DNA from: Escherichia phage KIT06 | Strand: one strand, 5' to 3' | Sequence record: OQ349392.1 | DNA length: 64,000 bases | Part shown: in pieces, positions 1 to 17,012 of the stretch | Position numbering within the stretch: position 1 is the stretch's first letter | How the letters are laid out: each line of letters starts with the position of its first letter | The notes under the pieces: generated by a model | Database searches by the model: none | Told to the model about the DNA's origin: nothing | Seen by the model: only the letters and a program-made list of their open reading frames with translations | Made by a program: the position numbers and the translations under genes

Positions 1-8
1 TAAAAGTT

Positions 9-40
9 GTTTACAGCAAGGTTATCACATGTTACTATAG
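9..40 (+). promoter_or_regulatory. T4-type early promoter (GTTTAC -35 box, TACTAT-like -10 region)
   Basis: aagttGTTTACa at 5-15 and gtTACTATag at 30-40; same architecture as about 14 other copies in the window; about 30 nt upstream of ORF 69..335. Confidence 0.5.
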
Positions 41-68
41 ACCTATCAAAAACATGAGGAGATTAAAA

Positions 69-335
69 ATGAACAAGTTAAACTTTATTCGTACTACTCT
101 GTCCGCTCTTGATAAAGACATCAAAGCCCTGGTAGAAAAATATGGTTCCAATCCTAACGGTAATGCAGTGAATGCCCTAGTTAAGAAATATGAAACCATG
201 GCTTATGCTACTGACTTCTGGTGGAACGGTGAATATTCTACCCATACCAAAGACAAATCTGGTAACTGGCTGAAAATCCAAGAAAATCGTATTGACTTCC
301 GTGACATCATCAACCGTCGAGTTAAGATTGCGTAG
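69..335 (+). CDS. hypothetical small early protein, opposite strand to the late module
   Basis: Track ORF 54..335; likely ATG at 69 preceded by GAGGAG 57-62; protein MNKLNFIRTTLSALDKD...; no family recognised. Confidence 0.5.
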   Translation: MNKLNFIRTTLSALDKDIKALVEKYGSNPNGNAVNALVKKYETMAYATDFWWNGEYSTHTKDKSGNWLKIQENRIDFRDIINRRVKIA

Positions 336-348
336 TATAGAAACAAGA

Positions 349-370
349 ATGGGAGACCGAAGTCTCCCAT
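349..370 (-). terminator. rho-independent terminator hairpin downstream of gene 23
   Basis: Perfect 9-bp stem atgggagac/gtctcccat with cgaa tetraloop, 15 nt past the gene 23 stop at 385; T-rich on the minus strand after the stem. Confidence 0.7.
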
Positions 371-384
371 AATAAGGTTATATC

Positions 385-1950
385 TTAGATACCTTTAACA
401 TATACACGGCGGAAGTAAGCGTTTTTACCAAGGCTATTCAGAATAGAAGGCATACCGCTCTGGATGCGAGAAGCCGGAGCCTGAGCAGCGGATTCTGCAA
501 ATGGGTTGATACCGATACCGTAACGAGTTTTGAATCCCATTACTGGTTGGAAGTTCTTCGGATCGGAACCACGCAGCGGAGTCAGAGCTACATATGGAGA
601 ATAGTAAATACCTGCATCCATTTCGTTCGGACCTTTATAACCTACGGTGAAATAATCCTGTTTAGCATACTGGTCGATATATACACGGTATTTACCACCC
701 AGAACACCAGCAAATACTGACTTGGTAGTATCAGTGTTAAAGCCGGTAGCCAGACCCTGTGCAGCATAAGAAATGCCAGTATCAACTGAAGCCAGAACGT
801 TAACTACGTTACGGGAAGCGATAATGAAGTTACCTTCACCGCGACCGGTCTGACGAGCAATTTCAACTGCTTCTTTGTCAATCTGGAACAACAGAGCTTT
901 AAAGGATTCACCTGCCCAGCGAGCGCCACGAATATCGATTGGGTCCTGGAAGTCAAATACACCAGCTTTAGAACCCGGAGTCAGGGTCATACCAGATTTA
1001 CCAACCTGAGCTGAGTAGTTAATCCAATCAACAACTTCACGGTTGATTTCCAGCATAATTTCTGTAGCCAGAATACCAGACAGTTCAGCATCAGCATCCA
1101 TACCGTGAACAGCGCGGAGGTCTTGTGCTAATTCGATAGAGTAAGCAGCTTTCAGCTGGCGAGATTTAGCTTCGATAACTTGTTTATCGATACGGAAGCC
1201 CATTTCATTCCATGGGTTATCTGTAGAACCGTTGAAACCTTCCTGAAGTTCAGCAATAGAAGTAGCCATACCTTCAGCGATTTCTACCAGTGCACCAGCT
1301 TCCATTTGTTTCTTAATTTCAGCATCTAATTTAGCTGCATCAGTTGCGCTTGCACTAATTGTTACTTGAACAGAAGCTTGCAGATACACAGTACCAGTGT
1401 CCTGGAAGAAGTGAGTATAGATATCACCTACTGTGGTTTGTGTGCTAGCAGCCAGAGCTGGGAATTTCTTAGCAGCACCCTGACCAGAGAACATTGCATC
1501 TGGACCATACATTGGGTGGAATGCTTCTTTAGCACCGGCAGCGATCGGATCTTTACCATATACCGCGCGGAGTGCGAATACCTGACCGGTTGGGCTGCTC
1601 ATCGGTTGAACACCGCAAATATCGAAAGCAATCAGGTTAGGAATAGCACGACGTACCATACCCATAACAGCCGGGCCAATCTGAGTTACTGCGCCAGAAG
1701 TCTGACCTGCAGCGATGTTGGTAGCATTGTAACCATGGTCACCACCGATTTCAGCTTCTGTTAAGAAAGAACCGAACGCCTGAGCGATTTTTTCGTCTTT
1801 GTACTCTGGAGCTGTCTGGAAATCTTTTTCCTGGTTTTCAAAGATTTTAGCGATAATCGCTTGTTTGCTATTAGCAATTTCCGGTAAACCTTCACCTTCC
1901 AGTAATGGCTTCCATTTGTTCAAAAGTTCAGCTTTAGTTTTGATAGTCAT
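385..1950 (-). CDS. 23: major capsid protein gp23
   Basis: 521-aa ORF; N-terminus MTIKTKAELLNKWKPLLEGEG... recognised as T4 gp23; size and position match T4. Confidence 0.97.
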   Translation of the reverse strand: MTIKTKAELLNKWKPLLEGEGLPEIANSKQAIIAKIFENQEKDFQTAPEYKDEKIAQAFGSFLTEAEIGGDHGYNATNIAAGQTSGAVTQIGPAVMGMVRRAIPNLIAFDICGVQPMSSPTGQVFALRAVYGKDPIAAGAKEAFHPMYGPDAMFSGQGAAKKFPALAASTQTTVGDIYTHFFQDTGTVYLQASVQVTISASATDAAKLDAEIKKQMEAGALVEIAEGMATSIAELQEGFNGSTDNPWNEMGFRIDKQVIEAKSRQLKAAYSIELAQDLRAVHGMDADAELSGILATEIMLEINREVVDWINYSAQVGKSGMTLTPGSKAGVFDFQDPIDIRGARWAGESFKALLFQIDKEAVEIARQTGRGEGNFIIASRNVVNVLASVDTGISYAAQGLATGFNTDTTKSVFAGVLGGKYRVYIDQYAKQDYFTVGYKGPNEMDAGIYYSPYVALTPLRGSDPKNFQPVMGFKTRYGIGINPFAESAAQAPASRIQSGMPSILNSLGKNAYFRRVYVKGI

Positions 1951-1968
1951 TTGTGTTAACCTTTAAAA

Positions 1969-2778
1969 TTAGAAACGAGATGCGACTTTCGCATATACAC
2001 TTACAATATCTTCTGCACCAGGTGCAGTTTTATCTTCTACAGCTTCAGTGACGAAATTCAGTCCGGCTGCTTCAGTATCAGGAGTATTTATACCCTCAGT
2101 AATAGTGCTTTCATCTTTATTAGACTTCTTCACCATTTCTACGATGGCACTCAATTTATTTGAGAATTCATCTGAATAATCCATACCTTCGACCAGAGCA
2201 GAGACTTTTTCTTTTTGAGACTCAGTCAGATCTTTAGTACTTTCGCTCAATGCCACTTCACGCTGCACATAATTGATATATGCGTCGCGCATATTGAGTT
2301 CTTCGAACAGACGAGCTGATTCTTCTTTATGTTCTTGCAGCTCTTCTTCCATTTCAGCCACAACATCAACTGATTCTTCTGGAACAACAACGTTGTGTTC
2401 AACAAAGAGCTCTTTTAATCCACCAAGCATGGATTCAAACAGTTCGGCTTTGATGCCTTTATCAACTGCTAATTTATTTTCAGCGAGCCATTCTTTCGCA
2501 AGATGGTCAATGAATTTAGAAGCTTGCTCAGCGATTTTCTTCTCAGCTTTTTCTTCTGCTTCTTCTTTATTTTTTTCTACTTCTTCTTCTGCTTTTTCAG
2601 CAATTTTAGCGATATGAGATTCAGCTAATTTAACGGCGTGCTGCTTGACGGTAGCTTCGAATACAGTGCCGAAAGTTTCTTTTGCTTCCGGAGAAATATT
2701 AACTGATTCGAAAATACTATCAAGAGCAACGGAAGCATCAATTTTTTGCGCTTCAGCAATCAGTTGTTCTTTAAGCAT
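1969..2778 (-). CDS. 22: prohead core scaffold protein gp22
   Basis: 269-aa ORF, acidic coiled-coil-rich, immediately upstream of gene 23; size and synteny as in T4. Confidence 0.93.
   Translation of the reverse strand: MLKEQLIAEAQKIDASVALDSIFESVNISPEAKETFGTVFEATVKQHAVKLAESHIAKIAEKAEEEVEKNKEEAEEKAEKKIAEQASKFIDHLAKEWLAENKLAVDKGIKAELFESMLGGLKELFVEHNVVVPEESVDVVAEMEEELQEHKEESARLFEELNMRDAYINYVQREVALSESTKDLTESQKEKVSALVEGMDYSDEFSNKLSAIVEMVKKSNKDESTITEGINTPDTEAAGLNFVTEAVEDKTAPGAEDIVSVYAKVASRF
2085..2092 (-). promoter_or_regulatory. candidate late promoter (TATAAATA on minus strand) inside the 3' end of gene 22, possibly serving gene 23
   Basis: Plus strand reads tatttata at 2085-2092; T4 late promoter consensus is TATAAATA; about 135 nt upstream of the gene 23 start. 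Confidence 0.4.
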
Positions 2779-2805
2779 TTTGTAGTCCTGTTGTTTAGAT
2801 AATAA

Positions 2806-2813
2806 TATTTATA
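2806..2813 (-). promoter_or_regulatory. late promoter (TATAAATA) for gene 22
   Basis: Plus strand tatttata at 2806-2813, 28 nt upstream of the gene 22 start codon at 2778. Confidence 0.7.
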
Positions 2814-3447
2814 ACGCTTTTTTCATGGCCTCTGCGAGAGCCATATAGGCGTCATCGGCACTTGTATCGGCTTCCGCCGTCTGTGATTCGGTAATTTCCT
2901 TAGGAGTTACCCATGCATCTGGAGCACTTGGACCCCATACTGCATCAACACCTACAGTTAATTTGAATCCTTCGTTTACGATACGATAACCTTTATTTGT
3001 GTCAGTCAATGAACCTAATCCACGAGAAGAAACTCCTGGAATCCATCCGGCACGAATATTAGCTGCTAATTTATCTCCAGGACCGTGGTCACCTTCAATA
3101 ACACGAGCTCGTCCGTATACGTCATTTCCTTTCCACCACATATCTTCTATAATGATAGCGGCTTGCATCGGGTCAACATTAGCGCGTGGAGGATGATTTA
3201 ATTCTCCGAGAGCTTGTTTTGTTAAAACTTGCTCATTGATATAGTCTTTTACCGCTTTTTCTAATATGCGTTTTGGATAAAGACGTTTATTTCTATTGAC
3301 GACTTCTGCTTGCATGAATATTCCTTCGATGTATAAACCCGGTTTTAAACCTAGGTCTTTTCCATCGTGGGATTCAAGCATTGGCACACCATCAATAATT
3401 TCGCCAGGTTGACCCCAAGTTTCAATTAGTAATTGGGGTTCATTCAT
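2809..3447 (-). CDS. 21: prohead core protease gp21
   Basis: 212-aa ORF; [16 protein letters not shown]...; size and synteny match T4 gp21. Confidence 0.93.
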   Translation of the reverse strand: MNEPQLLIETWGQPGEIIDGVPMLESHDGKDLGLKPGLYIEGIFMQAEVVNRNKRLYPKRILEKAVKDYINEQVLTKQALGELNHPPRANVDPMQAAIIIEDMWWKGNDVYGRARVIEGDHGPGDKLAANIRAGWIPGVSSRGLGSLTDTNKGYRIVNEGFKLTVGVDAVWGPSAPDAWVTPKEITESQTAEADTSADDAYMALAEAMKKAL

Positions 3448-3872
3448 TAGCTTAATCCTAATGCTTTACGGCGTTTAAGAGCTTTTTTACGCTTACGCTG
3501 AGCACGAGATTGACCTGCTGGATTGGCAATCTTCGTTTTGGTAGCTTTGCGAGCAATTTGTCTACGTTTTGCTTTAGACAGCCCAGTGGTTTGAAATGCA
3601 TTACGTTCGCGTGTTTTGCGGTCTTTAGTGCGTGTAATTTCACCACGAGCTGAAACGTGCTTAACAATGAATTCATTTAACGGCATATTTTCATTAATAG
3701 AAGCTAATGCAACTGCTAAATCAGTTTCATCGTCAAGCATATTCTCGACAATTGTATTTATATCGTCTTTATTTAAAGCAGAAGACAATTCGTCAAAGCG
3801 ACCCTGTGCTTCAGGAATAAGTGCTTCGACATTCTCGAGAACTAATTCATGAGTTTCAGGGATCAGAAGCAT
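3447..3872 (-). CDS. 68: prohead core protein gp68
   Basis: 141-aa ORF with basic C-terminus, between 21 and 67 as in T4. Confidence 0.85.
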
Positions 3873-4104
3873 TATTCATCATCCTCGTCTTCGTCAGAGT
3901 CTTTGTCTTTTTTGTCGTCTTTATCATCACCATCTTCGTCATCATCCTCGTCTTCAGGTTCTTCACCTTCGATTAAGAAATTACGAGCGATAGCGATTTT
4001 TTCTTCTTTAATTAAATCAATCGTTCTTGCAGCCATGGCTTCAGCAAATAATTTACGAGCGGCTACGAGGTCGTTTGATTTAATAGCTTCAATTAAACCT
4101 TCCA

Positions 4105-4105
<1 letters not shown>
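3872..4105 (-). CDS. 67: prohead core protein gp67 (highly acidic)
   Basis: 77-aa ORF ending in an Asp/Glu-rich tail ([27 protein letters not shown]); position as in T4. Confidence 0.85.
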
Positions 4106-5730
<1,625 letters not shown>

Positions 5731-5741
5731 TTAAGCAGGAT

Positions 5742-5757
5742 GGGGATTTCTCCCCAT
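5742..5757 (-). terminator. hairpin downstream of gene 19
   Basis: tgggga-tttc-tcccca stem-loop between the gene 19 stop (5763) and the gene 20 promoter. Confidence 0.5.
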
Positions 5758-5762
5758 TCATT

Positions 5763-6254
5763 TTATTCCCAATAATCGAGAGCGAGAGTTACTTCAAAGG
5801 TTTGGATTTCATTGTTTGAATCCCAATCTAATTGAAGTTCACCCACGTTAGTAGGCCACAGGCCTTTAATTTCGACTTCTTTTGTTACAGTTTTAGCGTC
5901 ACGAGCATATTGGCGTACAATAGCGCTCTTTTTATACTCTGCTGGTTTTCCACCAGTAATTTCGTTCCCTTGCCCAGCCGCAATGCTTTGCCAGTCAACA
6001 AACTTCTGACGTGCATCATGAGCCTCATCATTCATTACTGTAATAGTCCAGTCATCGAATGTACGATCGCCTGCTACGTTAATTTTACGGTTCATAAACC
6101 CGACTGGAATTTTTTCTACAATACCAGCTGGTAAAGCAGTGGCTTTACACTGAAACGTAAAATTTTGTCCAAGATAAGAAATTTCTACTTGGAACAAGTT
6201 AGGTCGAGCAAAATCACCAGATTCAAACGCTCGTGTTACATCATCTACAAACAT
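5763..6254 (-). CDS. 19: tail tube protein gp19
   Basis: 163-aa ORF; MFVDDVTRAFESGDFARPNLFQVEISYLGQNF...; size and synteny match T4. Confidence 0.95.
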   Translation of the reverse strand: MFVDDVTRAFESGDFARPNLFQVEISYLGQNFTFQCKATALPAGIVEKIPVGFMNRKINVAGDRTFDDWTITVMNDEAHDARQKFVDWQSIAAGQGNEITGGKPAEYKKSAIVRQYARDAKTVTKEVEIKGLWPTNVGELQLDWDSNNEIQTFEVTLALDYWE

Positions 6255-6267
6255 ATTAGCCTCTGTA

Positions 6268-6275
6268 GTATTTAT
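6268..6275 (-). promoter_or_regulatory. late promoter (TATAAATA) for gene 19
   Basis: Plus strand tatttata at 6268-6275, about 14 nt upstream of the gene 19 start; a second copy lies at 6328-6335. Confidence 0.6.
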
Positions 6276-6336
6276 ATCCCTATGTTTAACCTAGGGCATA
6301 TAGAATTAAAGAATTAAGGATATAGTGTATTTATAT

Positions 6337-6354
6337 GGCCTGCCGAAACAGGCC
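6337..6354 (-). terminator. terminator hairpin downstream of gene 18
   Basis: ggcctg-ccgaaa-caggcc stem-loop just past the gene 18 stop (6371). Confidence 0.6.
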
Positions 6355-6370
6355 TTTAGAATGCACCGTA

Positions 6371-8350
6371 TTAACCTGCAAGACCAGTTAACTCATCGAA
6401 ATCTGCACCAGTAGCAGTTGCTACGAAGTTCAAGGTAATGTAGTTAATGCTTCTAGCCGGTTGGATGTAGAATGTTGCAACAAACTCATTTCTATCAATT
6501 ACTGACGGAGTGTTATTTGTTGTATCGCAAACTACACGATATTCATAAATTCCACCGAGAGCTTTAATTCCCTGCAAGTACTGGGAAGTTTCTGTGCGGA
6601 ACGATGAACGAGTAAACGCGTTGTTTAATTCGAACAAACGATATTTTGAACTACGTCCGATATTCGTTTTCAACATATTAAACAGACGACGAACGTTAAT
6701 ACGATCAAATGGAGAAGGAACAGAAGTAGCTGTTTTATCACCATACAATACGTAACCATCACCACCTGTACCAGTTACTGGGTTGATAGCTTCTTGGTAT
6801 AAACGGTCGCGCTGCGCCTGGCGAGTTTCAATAGCAAGTTTAATAACGTTAAGAATCTGGCCACGATTATAACCAGCTGGAGACATCCAAGTCTGAGAAA
6901 CGTTATCAGTTCTTGCGCATAAACCAGCAATATCAGCTGCTAATGGAACCCAACGATTCACATCATTATATTTGTCATACTGATACTTGTAGTTACCATC
7001 AATTGCTGCATAGGTTGAACTGATATTAAAGTTATTATCAGTGTATGAACCTGCTGCAGTTCTCCAATTGACTAAGTTATCAACAGCACGAGTTACAGGA
7101 ATTCCAACCACAGTTTCACGCGGTGGTGAGCACAATACCAAGCAATCTTGGCGAGCATCCCCGATTGAAACAACATGTTTTTGTACAGTAGATGCTGTTT
7201 CTAAAGATTCACCGGCACAAGAACCCGCAATAAACAACTGAACATCAACGGATTCACGGTCAGCAAAGAAGTCCCAAGCTTCCATCAAATCTCCTGCTGT
7301 TACTTCAGCATTTGATGATAATCCGCCAGACAGAGTTAAAATTCCAGAGAAGCCTTCTGGCCAGTTTTGTGCAGTTGCGAAAATATATTCTGAACCACCT
7401 TTTGCGAAAAAGTCATCAATATAGATGTTACTATCGTAAATATCTTTTTCACCACGCTTCGTTGAAAGAACAACGCTTTGAACAATAGCATCATTGCGAC
7501 GAACTATAATAGCGTATTGCGAATCAGTTTGTGGTCCATATCCAAACACAGCTTTAGCAGTAGATGCACGAGTACCACCGCCTGGATAAATTGGCAGTAA
7601 TGCAGAAGCCCCTTTTGCGTAGTCAGCTTTAGATACGATTTCAATTTCAATTTTATCGCCCAACTCACCTGGATAAAGAGCTACTACTCCTGGAATTCCG
7701 TATTTTTCGAGATTTGCTTGAAAGTCAACCGCTGTCATAGCAGCTTCAGCATTTTCAATTTCAGCTAATAAAATACCAGAATCAGTAATAATTTTTCCAA
7801 GAGTTATTACTGCAGCTAAACCAGAGGAAGATGAAGAAATTTCCGCAGTCCAGTTAGAACCTAGTGTTGGATATTCACCGACTTCTTTAGCTTTAGCGAT
7901 AATTTTTGCAGTAGGAATATTAATTTTCTTAATTTTTCCATCTGTGTCTACTTCAGTAATTTTACCTTCAGTTTCAATAGCATCTGAAACATATTTGACC
8001 GTGATTTTATCTCCAACCGCATAGTTACTACCTGGGGTAGAAATAGTGTATTCAATATTACCAGCAATCGGAGATGAGTTTTTAGCGGTATCTCTATCGA
8101 CAGCACGCACAACTCGCAAATCATTTCCATATTGTAAGAAATTCATTGCAGACATAAAATAGTCAGCAGTTTCAGCTGTAGGTTGACCAAAAGTATTAAC
8201 TAAATCTACTTCATTTGTAACCTGTTTGATCTGAAAAGCAGGACCCCACTGGAATTTACCGGCCAAAGCTGCTGTACCAGTAGAGTTATTAACCACGGTG
8301 CTTTGAACCGTAGTTTCTTTGAGCTCAATGCCCGGAGATAATAAAGTCAT
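6371..8350 (-). CDS. 18: contractile tail sheath protein gp18
   Basis: 659-aa ORF; size and synteny match T4 gp18. Confidence 0.96.
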   Translation of the reverse strand: MTLLSPGIELKETTVQSTVVNNSTGTAALAGKFQWGPAFQIKQVTNEVDLVNTFGQPTAETADYFMSAMNFLQYGNDLRVVRAVDRDTAKNSSPIAGNIEYTISTPGSNYAVGDKITVKYVSDAIETEGKITEVDTDGKIKKINIPTAKIIAKAKEVGEYPTLGSNWTAEISSSSSGLAAVITLGKIITDSGILLAEIENAEAAMTAVDFQANLEKYGIPGVVALYPGELGDKIEIEIVSKADYAKGASALLPIYPGGGTRASTAKAVFGYGPQTDSQYAIIVRRNDAIVQSVVLSTKRGEKDIYDSNIYIDDFFAKGGSEYIFATAQNWPEGFSGILTLSGGLSSNAEVTAGDLMEAWDFFADRESVDVQLFIAGSCAGESLETASTVQKHVVSIGDARQDCLVLCSPPRETVVGIPVTRAVDNLVNWRTAAGSYTDNNFNISSTYAAIDGNYKYQYDKYNDVNRWVPLAADIAGLCARTDNVSQTWMSPAGYNRGQILNVIKLAIETRQAQRDRLYQEAINPVTGTGGDGYVLYGDKTATSVPSPFDRINVRRLFNMLKTNIGRSSKYRLFELNNAFTRSSFRTETSQYLQGIKALGGIYEYRVVCDTTNNTPSVIDRNEFVATFYIQPARSINYITLNFVATATGADFDELTGLAG

Positions 8351-8378
8351 TTTTAATCCTCTTTAATATGCTTTAATA

Positions 8379-11519
<3,141 letters not shown>

Positions 11520-11560
11520 GATTTCTCCTAATCTGGGCTTTAATTAGTTTATAATATTTA

Positions 11561-13262
<1,702 letters not shown>

Positions 13263-13275
13263 TTAAAAATCCTTT

Positions 13276-13291
13276 GGGGCCTTACGGCCCC
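13276..13291 (-). terminator. terminator hairpin downstream of wac
   Basis: ggggcc-ttac-ggcccc stem-loop between the wac stop (13295) and gene 13; followed on the minus strand by a T-run. Confidence 0.6.
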
Positions 13292-13294
13292 ATG

Positions 13295-14758
13295 TTATGC
13301 TGGTGATAAAAAGGTAGAAAGTAATACCCATTCGCCGTCTTTACGAACGTAAGCTTGACCATCTTTTGGAGCTTCAGGAATATAACCTGCTTCTTGTAGA
13401 GCTTGAACATCACCTTGCAGAGAAGATATACTGCCTTTGGCTGTATTCACTTCTTGCGTAACTGATGCAATGTTGGTTTCGTTAGCTTTTATTGAATTGG
13501 TTAATCCGCGTTCTTCGACAGTTGAACCGTTTGGATTAGTTCCATTTACTAAAGTATTTAACGCTACAACTTGCCCTTTAATTCCTGTGCTGTTATTACC
13601 AATCTCTACTTGTAGGTTTTGAACATCGTTGTTCAAGCTTGAAACAGAAGTTTCAATTGTAGAAACTCGGTTTAAAAGAGACCCAGGAGGAGAAGGTTGT
13701 CCACCGCTAGAATCAGTTCCAACAATTTGGTTTAACCACGAAACATTCGCTCTTAAACCAGATGAAGTGTTTTCGCCGACGATTCCATTTAGAGCTTCGA
13801 TTGAAGTTGTATTATCTTTGATTTGACCTTTAATACTCGAAGGAATATCATCTGAACCAATAGAAGTTTCAATAACGGTTAAACGCTGTTTAATACCTCC
13901 ACTTTGATTTAGCTCTAAATTAATAGATGCAATATTATCAGTGTTTGTATTAACACTCGTGATAATCGAATTATTTCCTGGATATCCTATTGAGGTCTTA
14001 ATAGCACTAATGTCAGACTCAACTGTTGTCTGTTTAGTGTCAATTTCATTTAAGCGACTATAAACGGTTTGTGAAAACGATGGTGGTTTTGGTCCAAGCT
14101 CTTCACGAAGATTACCAACTTCAATAGTTAAAGAACCTACATCAGATTCAATAAATTTTGTTTCTAATTCGCTTAAACGTATTCCCTGTGAAGTGATGAC
14201 ATCAGTATTATTAATAATGCGATGCTTCATTCCTGTGCTAGGATTTCCTACAACAGGAAGACCATTAATATCTTGGCCTGTATATTGCCCAAGTTCACGC
14301 TTTATCCACAGTAAATCATTTCTGATCGTTCTGTATACAGAGTTGGCCTCGGAGTTAAATGGACCAATATCAGCAAGAATGCTGTCAACCGTACTATTAG
14401 TCCCATTTAATATTTCTGTATGTTCACTGGTTAGCGTTTTAAGGTCAGAAATATCCTTTTTATTGATACTTATTTGGGCCAAAGCTTCAATATCACCAGA
14501 TACATCTAAGATGCCCTGAATTGTTTTAATATCACTATTCGCGGATTCTAAAGATGTTTTGAGTATTCCAATGTTTTTATCAAGAACTTCAACATTTCTT
14601 AGTACAGAAACTGTAGGTCTATTCATTGAACCTTCACTTCCGTACTGTGTGTCAGCTCCTAATATTTCTTCGCCGTTTTTAATCCAGGAAATGCGGCTCT
14701 GGCCCTCTGCAGGAGGGCCGTCAACGAATGGTAAGTCATTCAGTACAATATCTGTCAT
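13295..14758 (-). CDS. wac: fibritin (whisker antigen control)
   Basis: 487-aa ORF, Ser/Thr/Asn-rich coiled-coil repeats, C-terminal foldon-like [27 protein letters not shown]. Confidence 0.95.
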   Translation of the reverse strand: MTDIVLNDLPFVDGPPAEGQSRISWIKNGEEILGADTQYGSEGSMNRPTVSVLRNVEVLDKNIGILKTSLESANSDIKTIQGILDVSGDIEALAQISINKKDISDLKTLTSEHTEILNGTNSTVDSILADIGPFNSEANSVYRTIRNDLLWIKRELGQYTGQDINGLPVVGNPSTGMKHRIINNTDVITSQGIRLSELETKFIESDVGSLTIEVGNLREELGPKPPSFSQTVYSRLNEIDTKQTTVESDISAIKTSIGYPGNNSIITSVNTNTDNIASINLELNQSGGIKQRLTVIETSIGSDDIPSSIKGQIKDNTTSIEALNGIVGENTSSGLRANVSWLNQIVGTDSSGGQPSPPGSLLNRVSTIETSVSSLNNDVQNLQVEIGNNSTGIKGQVVALNTLVNGTNPNGSTVEERGLTNSIKANETNIASVTQEVNTAKGSISSLQGDVQALQEAGYIPEAPKDGQAYVRKDGEWVLLSTFLSPA

Positions 14759-16338
14759 TCTTTTACCTTAATTATGTAGTTTAAAGAAATGTTCCATGGA
14801 CGTGTTTCATTTCCAATTAATTCAGGACGATTTAATGTATATTTGGAATTTCGTTGTGATGCTGGGTCAATTTCATATCCATCATTGGTGAAGTATGAAC
14901 GGTTATCCCAGTCAAGTCCTTTACGTGTACCAACAAAATTTGATCTACGGGTATTACCGAATGCTCCAGAATCATCATGCTCACCAAATCCGCCAGCGTG
15001 TTTATGATAAGACATCTGTTGTTTTTGTACTTCACCAACATATCCACCGGTACAACCTACACCTAATCTAGGTTTACCGAATTGGTCATTACCATTAACA
15101 TTTGGATTTGTTAAGTGAGAGCCACGACCAGAACCACGAACAAAAAGACCACGCATATCAGGTAATCCAGGATTTGATGAGCTTCCGCCGTATCTTGTTC
15201 CAATTCTAGAAGCATATAATGGGCAATCCGACGCTGAAACAGTTCCACCATGACAGAAGCGCCAAGCATCACTAGGAAGACTATCTGCCGCCCACATCAT
15301 AATAGCTCCGACAGGAATAGTTCTATCTATTTCATTCTGTGTTACAACACGCTTACCCTGAATATAACCACCGGTCATGTTAACTGTTCCGGTAATATTT
15401 GCTCCGCCTGAAGCTATTGTGAGCGTATTATTAATGCGAAGTGTTCCATTAATCGTTTGACCACCTCTTTGGTGGATAACGTCAGCATTCCAAGCTAGTG
15501 CTGATGAAGCATCACCCCCACTCTGTGAGCCGGCGGTTGTAGTTAATTTAACTACGCCTCTCATTGACGTTGTAGAACCACGACCATTAAGAGTTGCGCC
15601 AGTAACCGCAACAGAAGCATTATTCGAGTTAACTTCTGATTGTGTTCCTAATTTAATTACGCCTTTATATTCTTCAGTAGCAGTAGAATTCATTAGCGTA
15701 TAAGGAGAAATTGCATAGCCTTCTCTTAATGTTCCTTGACGAACTTGAGCTACTGTCGCTAATTGAACAACACCTTGGGCCGATTCGGTAGCTGTGGATT
15801 CAGAAGGAGCGATTTGCGCAATTAGTTTAATAGCTAACTGCTGTGTTTTTAATGGAGTCATTGCAGTAGTATCATCAGCACCTGCCAATGCTTGTGGCAA
15901 TGACGAAATTTTAATAACTCCATTCTTTGATTCAGTTGAAACGCGTGTTTCAAAGGCGTTATTAAGGGCAACAGTAAATTTAGCAGGAGTTATAGAAGAT
16001 TCATTATTAACTCCGGCAATTGCTTCATCATTGGTTGAATATCTTGTTAATCCGTAAACGGTTTCAGTTGCGTTTGGATAAGATAATCTTGTTGCCAATG
16101 TTGCGGGTGTAACTGCTTTGGTATTATCAGTTCCGTCGATAACTTCCTGTTCAGTGGCAAGAAATAAAATTCCTTTTGTTGTTGATGATGCATCAGGAAC
16201 TCCATTTACACCAGCAGGAGAAATGGCTGCTATAGCAGCCTGAACATCAGTAATCTCTGCCGGAAAATTTGTACCAGTTGGATCAAATTTTACATAGCGA
16301 GATTCATTAGAAACGTGTTGATATGTATTATTACTCAT
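14755..16338 (-). CDS. 12: short tail fibre protein gp12
   Basis: 527-aa ORF; size and synteny match T4. Confidence 0.93.
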   Translation of the reverse strand: MSNNTYQHVSNESRYVKFDPTGTNFPAEITDVQAAIAAISPAGVNGVPDASSTTKGILFLATEQEVIDGTDNTKAVTPATLATRLSYPNATETVYGLTRYSTNDEAIAGVNNESSITPAKFTVALNNAFETRVSTESKNGVIKISSLPQALAGADDTTAMTPLKTQQLAIKLIAQIAPSESTATESAQGVVQLATVAQVRQGTLREGYAISPYTLMNSTATEEYKGVIKLGTQSEVNSNNASVAVTGATLNGRGSTTSMRGVVKLTTTAGSQSGGDASSALAWNADVIHQRGGQTINGTLRINNTLTIASGGANITGTVNMTGGYIQGKRVVTQNEIDRTIPVGAIMMWAADSLPSDAWRFCHGGTVSASDCPLYASRIGTRYGGSSSNPGLPDMRGLFVRGSGRGSHLTNPNVNGNDQFGKPRLGVGCTGGYVGEVQKQQMSYHKHAGGFGEHDDSGAFGNTRRSNFVGTRKGLDWDNRSYFTNDGYEIDPASQRNSKYTLNRPELIGNETRPWNISLNYIIKVKE

Positions 16339-17012
16339 GCTGTTCTCTCAAAATGATAAAGTACTATTGGAGTTTGCTGATTATCTAAAGTTACAGTTTG
16401 TGCACCAAGCAAATTCCATGTGCCATATCCAGGCTTAGATTCTGAAATAATTTCTTGGGAAATAGTTATTCCATATGTGGAATATGTGCTTAATACATGT
16501 TTTTGATTATCTAAATAAGTAACTTCTAATTTACTACCGTCAGTTGGATGGTCTTTATATGAATTGATAGCAGTAAATGACGCAATAGCTTCTTGCAGTG
16601 CAACACGAACTTTGGCGACAAACTCAATAGCTGTCATTCCAGTTGTTGCTGAAACTGGAAGACCAAATACTAATACAGTAACAGGAGAACCAGGAGGAAG
16701 CGAATCATCTGTCACAGTTCCTGAAAATGCCCAATAATCAGTTTGAGAAACACCCTCAGGAGAAACACCAGTTTTATTAGTAATAATTGTACCAACGTCT
16801 TTTATAGAAAAATTATGAACGTCATTAATAGCTGATTCTACGTTTGGTTCATAAAATCCTTTAGCTAATTGAGAAATTGTCACTGACCCAACTGATTGAC
16901 GATTCATTACATCGATGTCGCCAGTTTTAGGTCTAAAACCAAGAAAATCGGCTAAGCGGGAAATAACTCCCGCTTTATTATTAAGTAAACTCATTATGCA
17001 ATCCTTATCCAA
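16335..17012 (-). CDS. 11: baseplate wedge / short tail fibre attachment protein gp11
   Basis: 225-aa track ORF; T4 gp11 is 219 aa, so the start is likely the Met at MSLLNNKAG (16994), overlapping the gene 10 stop. Confidence 0.9.
   Translation of the reverse strand: MDKDCIMSLLNNKAGVISRLADFLGFRPKTGDIDVMNRQSVGSVTISQLAKGFYEPNVESAINDVHNFSIKDVGTIITNKTGVSPEGVSQTDYWAFSGTVTDDSLPPGSPVTVLVFGLPVSATTGMTAIEFVAKVRVALQEAIASFTAINSYKDHPTDGSKLEVTYLDNQKHVLSTYSTYGITISQEIISESKPGYGTWNLLGAQTVTLDNQQTPIVLYHFERTA

Noticed and set aside
1366-1764. 132-aa plus-strand ORF inside gene 23, and similar antisense ORFs inside other late genes (2273..2617, 2999..3196, 4579..4881, 5832..6134, 7041..7241, 9801..9998, 13437..13826, 14193..14771, 17151..17444, 20048..20383, 21767..22126)
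   Set aside because: They lie entirely within confidently identified structural genes on the opposite strand, have no SD or promoter context, and have low-complexity or Cys/Ser-rich composition typical of antisense frames
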